The notes under the pieces were generated by a model that did no database searches, was not told the DNA's origin, and saw only the letters and a list, made by a program, of their open reading frames with translations. A stretch of DNA of 37,124 bases, taken from the NCBI GenBank assembly GCA_041496385.1, contig JBGQEL010000037.1:1-37124 (forward strand), given 5' to 3'. Below, piece by piece: positions 27,236 through 35,193 of this stretch; within the stretch, counting starts at the first letter, position 1; each line of letters begins with the position of its first letter. The stretch comes from Candidatus Methylomirabilia bacterium (GTDB taxonomy: Bacteria; Methylomirabilota; Methylomirabilia; Rokubacteriales; CSP1-6). The position numbers and the translations under genes were made by a program.

Positions 27236-28810
27236 ATGCGGCGCGCGATCAAGATCTACGACACGACGCTGCGGGACGGCACCCAGGGCGAGGGGGTGTC
27301 GTTCTCGATGGAGGACAAGGTCCGCCTGGCGTCCCGCTTCGACGCCCTCGGCATCCACTACATCGAGGGCGGGTGGCCGGGCTCGAACCCCAAGGACCTC
27401 CGCTTCTTCCGCCGCATGCAGGACGTCACGCTCAAGCAGGCCAAGCTCGCCGCATTCAGCATGACCCGACGCGCCGGTGGCGCGGTCGAGTCCGACCCCA
27501 ACATGCAGGCGGTCCTCGACGCGGGGGCGCCCGTCGCGACCATCGTCGGCAAGTCCTGGGACTTCCACGTGACGCACGCCCTCGGCACCACGCTCGACGA
27601 GAACCTCGCGATGATCGGGGACACGATCGCCTTCCTCCGCGGGCACCTGGAGGAGGTCATGTTCGATGCCGAGCATTTCTTCGACGGCTTCCGCGCGAAC
27701 CGCGACTACGCGCTCGCCACGCTCAAGGCCGCCGAGGACGCGGGCGCCCACTGGCTCGTGCTCTGCGACACGAACGGCGGCACGCTGCCGCACGATCTGG
27801 TGGCGACCCTCCAGGTCGTGAAGGAGCAGATGAAGACACCGCTCGGGATCCACGTGCACAACGACGCCGAGTGCGCGGTGGCGAACTCCCTGGCCGCGGT
27901 TCGCGAGGGCGTGGGCCAGGTGCAGGGGACGATGAACGGCTTCGGCGAGCGGTGCGGCAACGCAAACCTCGTCTCGATCATCCCGAACCTCGTCATCAAG
28001 ATGGGGCTGGACTGCATTCCCGAGGCGAACCTGCGCGAGCTGCGCGACGCCTCGCGCTTCGTCTCCGAGCTCGCCAACCGCAAGCCCTGGTCGTCGCAGC
28101 CCTACGTCGGCGATTCGGCCTTTGCCCACAAGGGCGGCATGCACGTCTCGGCCGTGCAGAAGCACCCCGAGACGTACGAGCATGTGAGCCCCGAGGCGGT
28201 GGGCAATCACCGGCGCGTGCTCGTCTCTGAGCTCTCGGGCAAGTCCAACATCCTGTGGAAGGCGCGCGAGTACGGGATCGACCTCGACCACGAGACGCCC
28301 GACTCCCGTCGGATCCTCGACGAGCTCAAGATGCTGGAGGATCAGGGGTTCCAGTTCGAGGGCGCCGAGGCGTCGTTCGAGCTCCTCATGGAGCGCGCGC
28401 TCGGTCGGCACCGCCCCTACTTCGAGCTCGACGCCTATCGCGTGATCGTGGAGGAGCAGAACGCCGAGCAGGAGCCGGTCGCCGAGGCGACCGTCCGCGT
28501 GCGGGTGAAGGGCATCCTGGAGCACACGGCCGCATCGGGCAACGGCCCGGTGAACGCGCTCGACCACGCCCTCCGGAAGGCGCTCGAGGAGTTCTATCCG
28601 ACTCTGAAGTCGGTCCGGCTCCTGGACTACAAGGTCCGGATCCTCGACGAGTCCAAGGGGACGGCCGCGAAGACCCGCGTGCTGATCACCTCCGGCGACG
28701 GCGAGGAGACGTGGGGGACGGTCGGCGTCGCGGACAACATCATCGAGGCCTCCTGGCAGGCCCTCGTGGACTCCATCGAGTACAAGCTCCGCCGCGACGA
28801 GCGCGCCTGA
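27236..28810 (+). CDS. cimA: Citramalate synthase (DRE-TIM metallolyase, CimA subfamily)
   Basis: [72 protein letters not shown] and a LeuA-type regulatory domain ([16 protein letters not shown]). Confidence 0.93.
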   Translation: MRRAIKIYDTTLRDGTQGEGVSFSMEDKVRLASRFDALGIHYIEGGWPGSNPKDLRFFRRMQDVTLKQAKLAAFSMTRRAGGAVESDPNMQAVLDAGAPVATIVGKSWDFHVTHALGTTLDENLAMIGDTIAFLRGHLEEVMFDAEHFFDGFRANRDYALATLKAAEDAGAHWLVLCDTNGGTLPHDLVATLQVVKEQMKTPLGIHVHNDAECAVANSLAAVREGVGQVQGTMNGFGERCGNANLVSIIPNLVIKMGLDCIPEANLRELRDASRFVSELANRKPWSSQPYVGDSAFAHKGGMHVSAVQKHPETYEHVSPEAVGNHRRVLVSELSGKSNILWKAREYGIDLDHETPDSRRILDELKMLEDQGFQFEGAEASFELLMERALGRHRPYFELDAYRVIVEEQNAEQEPVAEATVRVRVKGILEHTAASGNGPVNALDHALRKALEEFYPTLKSVRLLDYKVRILDESKGTAAKTRVLITSGDGEETWGTVGVADNIIEASWQALVDSIEYKLRRDERA

Positions 28811-28975
28811 GCGCCCTCGTCGCGTTCGCGCCCTCGCCGACACTCGCCCCGCGCCCACGCACGGCCAGAATCAACCGCCCCAGCTCATTTTTGTGGTCGT
28901 AAACTTACCAGGACGGCACTGCTCCCGGTTCTGTAAATAGTTCAAATTTATGGAAATTTCAGTCACCAAGCCGCT

Positions 28976-28991
28976 CGGCATCGGAGTTGCT
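28976..28991 (+). promoter_or_regulatory. Sigma54 (-24/-12) promoter preceded by an AT-rich tract
   Basis: CGGCATCGGAGTTGCT: GG(28977-8)-N10-GC(28989-90). AT-rich tract TGTAAATAGTTCAAATTTATGGAAATTTCA at ~28932-28961. Confidence 0.65.
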
Positions 28992-29019
28992 TTGACCAGT
29001 GGCTATGGAGGGCTGGGAC

Positions 29020-29310
29020 ATGACGTTCAGAGAGGCGACGACCAGAGAGGCGACGACGGTCAACGCGCCGGCCAATGCCGGCAGCACCCAGGTGGTGTGG
29101 AACGAGCGGCGAAGCGTTGGGCGACCCTCGACGGTCGCGGCGTTCGGGCCCCAGATCGGCGAGTGGCTGCGCACCGAGCCAATGCTGTCCGGGGCCGAGG
29201 TGCTCCGGCGCGCGCGGCTCGTCGGCTATCGCGGCGGCAAGAGCGCGCTCTACGAGCTGGTCCGGCGCCTGCGGCCCACGACGAACGGCACCACGACGAA
29301 CGGTAACTGA
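29020..29310 (+). CDS. Small protein resembling the helical DNA-binding region of IS21-family IstA transposases
   Basis: GGAGGG SD 7 nt before the ATG; GRPSTVAAFGPQIGEWLRTEPMLSGAEVLRRARLVGYRGGKSALYELVRRLRP. No DDE domain and no istB. Confidence 0.65.
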   Translation: MTFREATTREATTVNAPANAGSTQVVWNERRSVGRPSTVAAFGPQIGEWLRTEPMLSGAEVLRRARLVGYRGGKSALYELVRRLRPTTNGTTTNGN

Positions 29311-29438
29311 CCCACCCGACGATCCCGCCATCGCGTCGGCACGCGGCCCCTCGGGCCTGCGCGCGACGCGCGGCGCCGGCACTTCCTCCCGCAAACCTTG
29401 ACAGCCGGCGCGCCCCGGCCCGACTCTACGAGCCACCA

Positions 29439-30644
29439 GTGCGGATCCTATTCGTCCACCCCAACTTTCCGGCGCAGTTCGGTCACATCGCGACGCGCCT
29501 GGTCGCGCAAGGTGATGAATGCGCCTTCGTCTCGCGCGCCGCGACGGGCCTGCGCGCGGGCGTGCGATGCATCCAGTACACCCCGAAGGGCGGCGCGACG
29601 CGCGCGAACCACTACACGTCGCGGACGTTCGAAAACGCGGTCTGGAACGCGCACGGCGTCTACGAGGCCTGCAAGACGTCGGGCCTCGAGCCCGACCTGA
29701 TCGTCGGCCACTGTGGGTTCGGGACGACCCTCTTCCTTCCCGAGATCTACGGGTGCCCCATCGTCAGCTACTTCGAGTACTACTACCGGCCGCACGACTC
29801 GGACATGGACTTCCGCCCGGAGTTCGCGCCCACCGAGCTCGACTTTCTCCGCGCGCGGGCGCGCAACGCCATGATCCTGCTCGACCTCGACGCGTGCGCC
29901 GCCGGCTATACTCCGACCCACTGGCAGAAGAGCCTCGTGCCGCCGGCGTACGCGTCGAAGGTGGAGACGATTCACGACGGTATCGACGTCGACGCCTGGC
30001 GGCGCCGGCCCGTCGAGCGCCGGCTGCGTGGCGAGGCGCTGCCGCCCGGCACGCGGGTGGTGACCTACGCCGCGCGCGGGCTCGAGGCGATGCGGGGGTT
30101 CGACATCTTCGTGCGCCTCGCCAACCGGATCGCCGCCGAGCGAGCCGACGTCGTGTTCGTCGTCGTCGGGTCGGATCGTGTCGCCTACGGCAACGACCTG
30201 CGCCACATCAAGGCCCCGACCTTCCGCGAGCACGTCCTCGCGACGGAGCGGCCCGATCTGGGTCGCTTCCGGTTCCTGGGCACCGTGCCGCCGGAGGAGC
30301 TCGCCGCGGTCCTGTCGCTGAGCGACCTGCACGTGTACCTCACGGTGCCCTTCGTGCCGTCCTGGTCGCTCCTGAACGCGCTCGCATGCGAGTGCGTGGT
30401 GCTCGCCTCGGACACGCCGCCGGTGCGCGAGATCATCGACGACGGGCGGAACGGGCTCCTCGCCCCCTTTTACGACCTGGACGCGCTGACGACGCAGGCG
30501 CTGCGGGTTCTCGACCGCCCGGAGGACCATCGCCCGCTCGCGACGGCCGGCCGGGCCCTGGTCGACGGACGCTATTCGCTCGACGTGACCCTTCCCCGAC
30601 TTCGTGCGCTCTTCGGCCGGCTGGGGCGCGCGCCGAACGCGTAG
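29439..30644 (+). CDS. Glycosyltransferase family 4 (HxNFPxQF N-terminal subtype)
   Basis: GTG start; RILFVHPNFPAQF, PDLIVGHCGFG, YFEYYY, PTHWQ, IHDGID, ARGLEAMRGF, YLTVPFVPSWSLLNALACEC. Confidence 0.9.
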   Translation: MRILFVHPNFPAQFGHIATRLVAQGDECAFVSRAATGLRAGVRCIQYTPKGGATRANHYTSRTFENAVWNAHGVYEACKTSGLEPDLIVGHCGFGTTLFLPEIYGCPIVSYFEYYYRPHDSDMDFRPEFAPTELDFLRARARNAMILLDLDACAAGYTPTHWQKSLVPPAYASKVETIHDGIDVDAWRRRPVERRLRGEALPPGTRVVTYAARGLEAMRGFDIFVRLANRIAAERADVVFVVVGSDRVAYGNDLRHIKAPTFREHVLATERPDLGRFRFLGTVPPEELAAVLSLSDLHVYLTVPFVPSWSLLNALACECVVLASDTPPVREIIDDGRNGLLAPFYDLDALTTQALRVLDRPEDHRPLATAGRALVDGRYSLDVTLPRLRALFGRLGRAPNA

Positions 30645-30651
30645 CGGGCGC

Positions 30652-30673
30652 TCCCGTATTCCGGAAAACGGGA
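30652..30673. promoter_or_regulatory. 22-bp near-perfect palindrome (candidate operator) upstream of the DUF3467 operon
   Basis: TCCCGTATTCCGGAAAACGGGA matches its reverse complement at 20 of 22 positions; a TACAAT -10 lies at 30717-30722. Confidence 0.55.
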
Positions 30674-30744
30674 AGCATCGACGCGAATTTAGATCAACGC
30701 GCTCGCGGGATTGTCGTACAATGCCCGGACCAAAGGAGGAGCCC

Positions 30745-31104
30745 ATGGCAACGGAGCGCAACGAGACGGCACAGGCAGCGCAGGCGGCGCAGGCGCAGGC
30801 GGCGCGCGCCACTGGCGCGACCCAGACGGTCCGCTGGGACGACACCAATCTCAAGAGTTCGTACGCGAACGTCTGCAACGTGTCGAGCACCCGCGAAGAG
30901 GTCGTGATGGTCTTCGGGATCAACCAGGCGTGGGAGCGCGGGCAGAGCGAGGTCAAGGTCCAGCTCACGGACCGGATCATCCTGAGCCCGTTCGCGGCCA
31001 AGCGCCTGGCGATGCTCCTGGAGAACGTGGTGAAGGAGTACGAATCGCGGTTCGGCGAGCTCGGTCTCGAGATGCGTCGCCCCGCCGCCGCCGAGAAGAA
31101 GTAG
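30745..31104 (+). CDS. DUF3467-family protein
   Basis: Strong SD AAAGGAGGAG; WDD.NLKSSYANVCNVSSTREEVVMVFG...RIILSPFAAKRL..LL...VKEYESRFG. Confidence 0.85.
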   Translation: MATERNETAQAAQAAQAQAARATGATQTVRWDDTNLKSSYANVCNVSSTREEVVMVFGINQAWERGQSEVKVQLTDRIILSPFAAKRLAMLLENVVKEYESRFGELGLEMRRPAAAEKK

Positions 31105-31145
31105 CAGCCGAGAAGTCGCCGAGCCCAACGCAGTAGTCCGGCTGC

Positions 31146-33041
31146 ATGCTGGGACACGGAGACATGGATCGTCTGGACCTCGAGCACCAGCCGGCGGAGC
31201 GGGCGCCCGCCGCCGCGGAACGCGCCCTCTGGGCGCAGTTCGCCGAGGCGGCGTCCGCCGAGACGTTCTGTCGGAGCTGGCTGGCGCTCCAGTGCCGGAT
31301 GATCGAGGGCGTGTCTGGCGCGCTCGTCCTCCTCGGCCCGCCGGACCGCGGGCCGTTCTCGCCCGTCGCCGTCTGGCCGGATCCCCGGCGCAACATGAAG
31401 TACCTCGCCTCGGCCGCCGAGCGGGCGCTCACCGAGCGGCGTGGGCTGCTCGTCCGGTGCGAGCCCGGCGCGGACCCGGAGGCGCCGCCGCACCCGCACT
31501 ATCACGTCGCGTATCCCGTCGAGGCGGGCGGACGGCTGCACGGCGTCATCGTGCTCGAGGTCTCGCCGCGTCCCGAGGCCGAGCTCCAGTGGGTGCTCCG
31601 GCAGCTCCACTGGGGCAGCGCGTGGCTCGAGGTTCTGTTCGGGCGGGATCAGGCCGCGCAGGACGATGCTGCGAAGAAGCGGCTCCAGACCGTCCTCGAG
31701 ATCACCGCGGTCGCCGTCAGCCACGAGCGGTTCTATGCCTCGGCGACGGCGTTCGTGACGGCGGTGGCGACGCAATTCGGCTGCGACCGGGTCAGCCTGG
31801 GTTTCGTGCGCCGCGGGCGGGCGCACGTGCGCGCGATCTCGCACAGCGCCCACTTCCGCAAGCAGGCGAACCTCGTCCGCGCGATCGGCGCGGCGATGGA
31901 CGAGGCGATCGACCAGCACGCCACGATCGTCTACCCGCCCGACGCCGGCCAGGCCGCCCGGATCACGCGTGCCCACGCCGAGCTCGCACGCGTGCACGGC
32001 GCGGGCGCCATCTGCTCGATCCCCGTCGCGAGCGTCGGCCAGACCGTCGGCGCGCTGACGCTCGAGCGCCCCGCGGAATCTCCGTTCGACGCGCAGACCG
32101 TCGAGGTCTGCGAGGCGATCGCCGCGCTGGCCGCTCCCATGCTGGAGCTGCACCGGCGCGAGGACCGCTGGCTCCCCGTGAAGGCCGCCGAGGCCTGTCG
32201 GCGGGTCCTGGGCCACCTGGTCGGGCCCGGCCACGTGGCGATGAAGCTGACGGTGGCCACGCTCGCGGCCATCGTGGTGTTCTTCGCCGTCGCGAAGGGC
32301 GACTATCGGGTCTCGGCCACCACGGTGATCGAGGCGGCGGTCCGCCGCGCGGCGGTGGCGCCGTTCAACGGCTATATCTCCGAGGCCGGCGTGCGGGCGG
32401 GCGACCTTGTGCGTCAGGGGCAGCCGCTCGCGGCGCTCGACGACCGCGAGCTGAAGCTCGAGCGGCTCAAGTGGGCGAGCCAGCTCGAGCAGCTCGTCAA
32501 GCAGTACCACCAGGCGATGGCCGCCCACAACAGCGCCCAGGTCGCGATCCTGGCCGCCCAGGTCGACCAGGCCAAGGCGCAGCTCGCCCTGATCGAGGAC
32601 CAGCTGGCGCGGACCCGCCTCCTCGCCCCGTTCAACGGCATCGTCGTCACCGGCGACCTCAGCCAGTCGCTGGGCTCGCCCGTCGAGCGCGGCCAGGTGC
32701 TCTTCGAGATCGCGCCGCTCGACGCCTATCGCGTGATCTTGCAGATGGACGAGCGCGAGATCGGCGACGTCAAGGTCGGCCAGCGCGGCCACCTGGTCCT
32801 GTCCGGCTTCCCGACCGAGCATCTGCCGCTGCTGGTCCGCAAGGTCACCCCGGTGTCGACCGCGCGCGAGGGACGCAACTACTTCCGCGTGGAGTCGGAG
32901 CTGCAGACGACGCCCGAGCGGCTGCGGCCGGGGATGGAGGGCGTCGCGAAGGTCGAGGTCGACCGCCGGCGGCTGATCTGGATCTGGACCCACCAGGTGA
33001 TCGACTGGATCCGCCTGGCGCTCTGGACCTGGCTGCCGTAG
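31146..33041 (+). CDS. GAF-domain-containing HlyD-family periplasmic adaptor
   Basis: About 360-aa N-terminal GAF-like region (CDRVSLG, SIPV...VGALTLER), a single TM, lipoyl halves (VAPFNGYI..VRAGDLVRQGQPL; LAPFNGIV), coiled coil and LRPGMEG. Alternative start at 31164. Confidence 0.88.
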   Translation: MLGHGDMDRLDLEHQPAERAPAAAERALWAQFAEAASAETFCRSWLALQCRMIEGVSGALVLLGPPDRGPFSPVAVWPDPRRNMKYLASAAERALTERRGLLVRCEPGADPEAPPHPHYHVAYPVEAGGRLHGVIVLEVSPRPEAELQWVLRQLHWGSAWLEVLFGRDQAAQDDAAKKRLQTVLEITAVAVSHERFYASATAFVTAVATQFGCDRVSLGFVRRGRAHVRAISHSAHFRKQANLVRAIGAAMDEAIDQHATIVYPPDAGQAARITRAHAELARVHGAGAICSIPVASVGQTVGALTLERPAESPFDAQTVEVCEAIAALAAPMLELHRREDRWLPVKAAEACRRVLGHLVGPGHVAMKLTVATLAAIVVFFAVAKGDYRVSATTVIEAAVRRAAVAPFNGYISEAGVRAGDLVRQGQPLAALDDRELKLERLKWASQLEQLVKQYHQAMAAHNSAQVAILAAQVDQAKAQLALIEDQLARTRLLAPFNGIVVTGDLSQSLGSPVERGQVLFEIAPLDAYRVILQMDEREIGDVKVGQRGHLVLSGFPTEHLPLLVRKVTPVSTAREGRNYFRVESELQTTPERLRPGMEGVAKVEVDRRRLIWIWTHQVIDWIRLALWTWLP

Positions 33042-33042
33042 A

Positions 33043-35193
33043 GTGAGCGGCCAGCTCTTCAGTGCCACGTGGTATCGCGTGGCGGCGCTGACGCCCCGGC
33101 TCCGGAGCCACGCGCAGATCCATCGTCACGAGTATCGGGGACAGCTCTGGTACGTCCTGCAGGACTTCTCGTCGGAGCGGATGCACCGCTTCTCGCCGCC
33201 CGGCTACCTGATCATCGGCCTGATGGACGGGCACCGCACCGTCCAGGACATCTGGGACATCGCCCTGCGCCGGCTCGGCGACGAGGCGCCGACCCAGGAC
33301 GAGATGATCCAGCTGCTCAGCCAGCTCCACACGGCCGACGTTCTGCAGTGCGACGTGCCGCCGGACACGGCGGAGCTGCTGCGCCGTCACGAGCGCCAGC
33401 GCACGCGACAGTGGCGGAGCCAGCTCACGTCCGTCCTCTCCTGGCGCCTGCCCCTGATCGACCCGGAGCGCTTCCTCGCGCGGTTCGTGCACCTCGTGCG
33501 GCCCTTCCTCGGGTGGACCGGCGCCCTGCTCTGGCTCGTCGTCGTGGGCGCCGCGGTGAGCGTCGCCGGCACCCACTGGAAGGACCTCACGCGCGACGTC
33601 GTGGACCGCGTGCTGGCGCCCCAGTCCCTCGTCGTGCTCTGGCTGGCCTTTCCCATCGTCAAGACGCTGCACGAGCTGGGGCACGCGTTCACGGTGAAGG
33701 CCTTCGGCGGCGAGGTCCACGACATGGGGATCATGCTCCTCGTGCTGACGCCGGTGCCCTACGTGGACGCGTCCTCGGCGTCGGCCTTCCGGAGCAAGTG
33801 GCAGCGCGCCGTCGTCGGCGCGGCCGGAATGCTGGTCGAGCTGGTGCTCGCCGCGGTGGCGCTGATGGTCTGGATCAGCGTGCAGCCGGGCGTCGTGCGG
33901 ACCTTCGCCTACAACGTGATCTTCATCGCCGGCGTCTCCACGGTGGTCTTCAACGCCAACCCGCTGCTCCGCTTCGACGGGTACTACATCCTCGCCGACC
34001 TGCTCGAGATCCCGAATCTCCGGTCCCGCGCGAACGCGTATCTCGGCTATCTCACGGAGCGGTACCTGTTCGGGCGGGACGACGCGCTGGCGGCCCCGGC
34101 GACACCCGGCGAGCGCGCCTGGTTCGTCATCTTCGCGCTCGCGTCCTTCGCGTACCGGCTCATCGTCGCCGTCGGGATCGTCCTCTTCATCGCGGGCAAG
34201 TTCTTCTTCGTCGGCGTCCTCCTGGCGGTCGCGTCGGCCGTGACCTGGGTGATCGCGCCGGTGCTCAAGGGCGTGGGCTTCCTCATCACGAGCCCGCGCC
34301 TGCGCCGGGTGCGGGGGCGCGCCGTGGCGGTGACGGCGGGCTTCGTCGCGCTCGTCGTGGTGCTCGTCGGGTTCGTGCCCGTGCCGTTCCGGAGCCGCGC
34401 CGAGGGCGTGGTCTGGATCCCCGACGAGGCGTTCGTCCGCGCCGGGACCGAGGGGTTCATCGACAAGATCGTCGGGCGCCCGGGCGCGCGCGTGCGTCGC
34501 GGCGACGTGCTGATCGAGTGCGTGGACCCCGCGCTCGAGGCCCGCGGCCAGATGCTGGCGGGGCGGGTGCGTGAGCTCGAGGCGCGCTACGCGCAGCAGC
34601 GCGTCGCGGATCTGGTCAAGTCGCTCATCACCGCGGAGGAGCTGCAATACGCCCGGCAGGACCTGGCCCGGACGCGCGAGCGCCTCGACGGCCTCGTGAT
34701 CCGCAGCCGGGCCGACGGCACGTTCGTGCTGCCGCTCGCCGACGACCTGCCGGGGCGGTTCGTCAAGCAGGGCGAGGTGCTGGCGCACATCGTCGAGCTC
34801 TCGAGCGTCACCGTCCGCGCCGTCGTGCCGCAGGCGCACATCGATCTGGTCAGGCACCAGACCTTCGGCACCGACGTCCGGCTCACCGAGCGGCTCTCGG
34901 AGGTGGTGCGGGTGTCCGTCAGGCGCGAGGTTCCCGGCGCCACCGAGCGGCTGCCCAGCTCCGCGCTCGGCGCCGGCGGCGGCGGCCAGATCGCCGTCGA
35001 CCCGACCGACAATCAGGGCGTCAAGGCGTTCGAGCGGCACTTCCAGATCGACCTCGAGCTCCCGTCGCTCCCCACGCCGGTCGTCAACGTCGGGGGCCGC
35101 GTGTACGTGCGCTTCGACCACGGGTGGACGCCGCTCGCCGTCCAGTGGTACCGGCAGGTCCGCCAGCTGCTGCTCCATCGGTTCAATGTCTAG
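33043..35193 (+). CDS. Site-2 protease (M50) fused to an N-terminal PqqD-like domain and a C-terminal HlyD-like adaptor domain
   Basis: N-terminal YVLQD...LMDGHRTVQDIW..LLSQLH winged-helix/PqqD-like part; HELGH (HExxH) and NANPLLRFDG (NxxPxxxxDG); several TMs; lipoyl/hairpin C-terminus (GFIDKIVGRPGARVRRGDVL; IRSRADG). Confidence 0.88.
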   Translation: MSGQLFSATWYRVAALTPRLRSHAQIHRHEYRGQLWYVLQDFSSERMHRFSPPGYLIIGLMDGHRTVQDIWDIALRRLGDEAPTQDEMIQLLSQLHTADVLQCDVPPDTAELLRRHERQRTRQWRSQLTSVLSWRLPLIDPERFLARFVHLVRPFLGWTGALLWLVVVGAAVSVAGTHWKDLTRDVVDRVLAPQSLVVLWLAFPIVKTLHELGHAFTVKAFGGEVHDMGIMLLVLTPVPYVDASSASAFRSKWQRAVVGAAGMLVELVLAAVALMVWISVQPGVVRTFAYNVIFIAGVSTVVFNANPLLRFDGYYILADLLEIPNLRSRANAYLGYLTERYLFGRDDALAAPATPGERAWFVIFALASFAYRLIVAVGIVLFIAGKFFFVGVLLAVASAVTWVIAPVLKGVGFLITSPRLRRVRGRAVAVTAGFVALVVVLVGFVPVPFRSRAEGVVWIPDEAFVRAGTEGFIDKIVGRPGARVRRGDVLIECVDPALEARGQMLAGRVRELEARYAQQRVADLVKSLITAEELQYARQDLARTRERLDGLVIRSRADGTFVLPLADDLPGRFVKQGEVLAHIVELSSVTVRAVVPQAHIDLVRHQTFGTDVRLTERLSEVVRVSVRREVPGATERLPSSALGAGGGGQIAVDPTDNQGVKAFERHFQIDLELPSLPTPVVNVGGRVYVRFDHGWTPLAVQWYRQVRQLLLHRFNV

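Noticed and set aside
28999..29310. Intact IS21 insertion sequence
   Set aside because: No DDE catalytic domain, no istB ATPase and no terminal inverted repeats recognised.
29398..29427. TTGACA upstream of the GT4 gene as a sigma70 promoter
   Set aside because: Perfect -35, but the best -10 at 17-18 nt (GACTCT) is poor, so it was not listed as a feature.
30769..30804. Short GCGCAG/GCAGGC repeats in the DUF3467 N-terminus
   Set aside because: They encode a low-complexity AQAAQAAQAQAA linker; no sign of a separate element.
29448..33068. 1206-aa minus-strand ORF
   Set aside because: Antisense shadow of three well-supported plus-strand genes; no recognisable motifs; long stop-free antisense frames are expected at this GC content.
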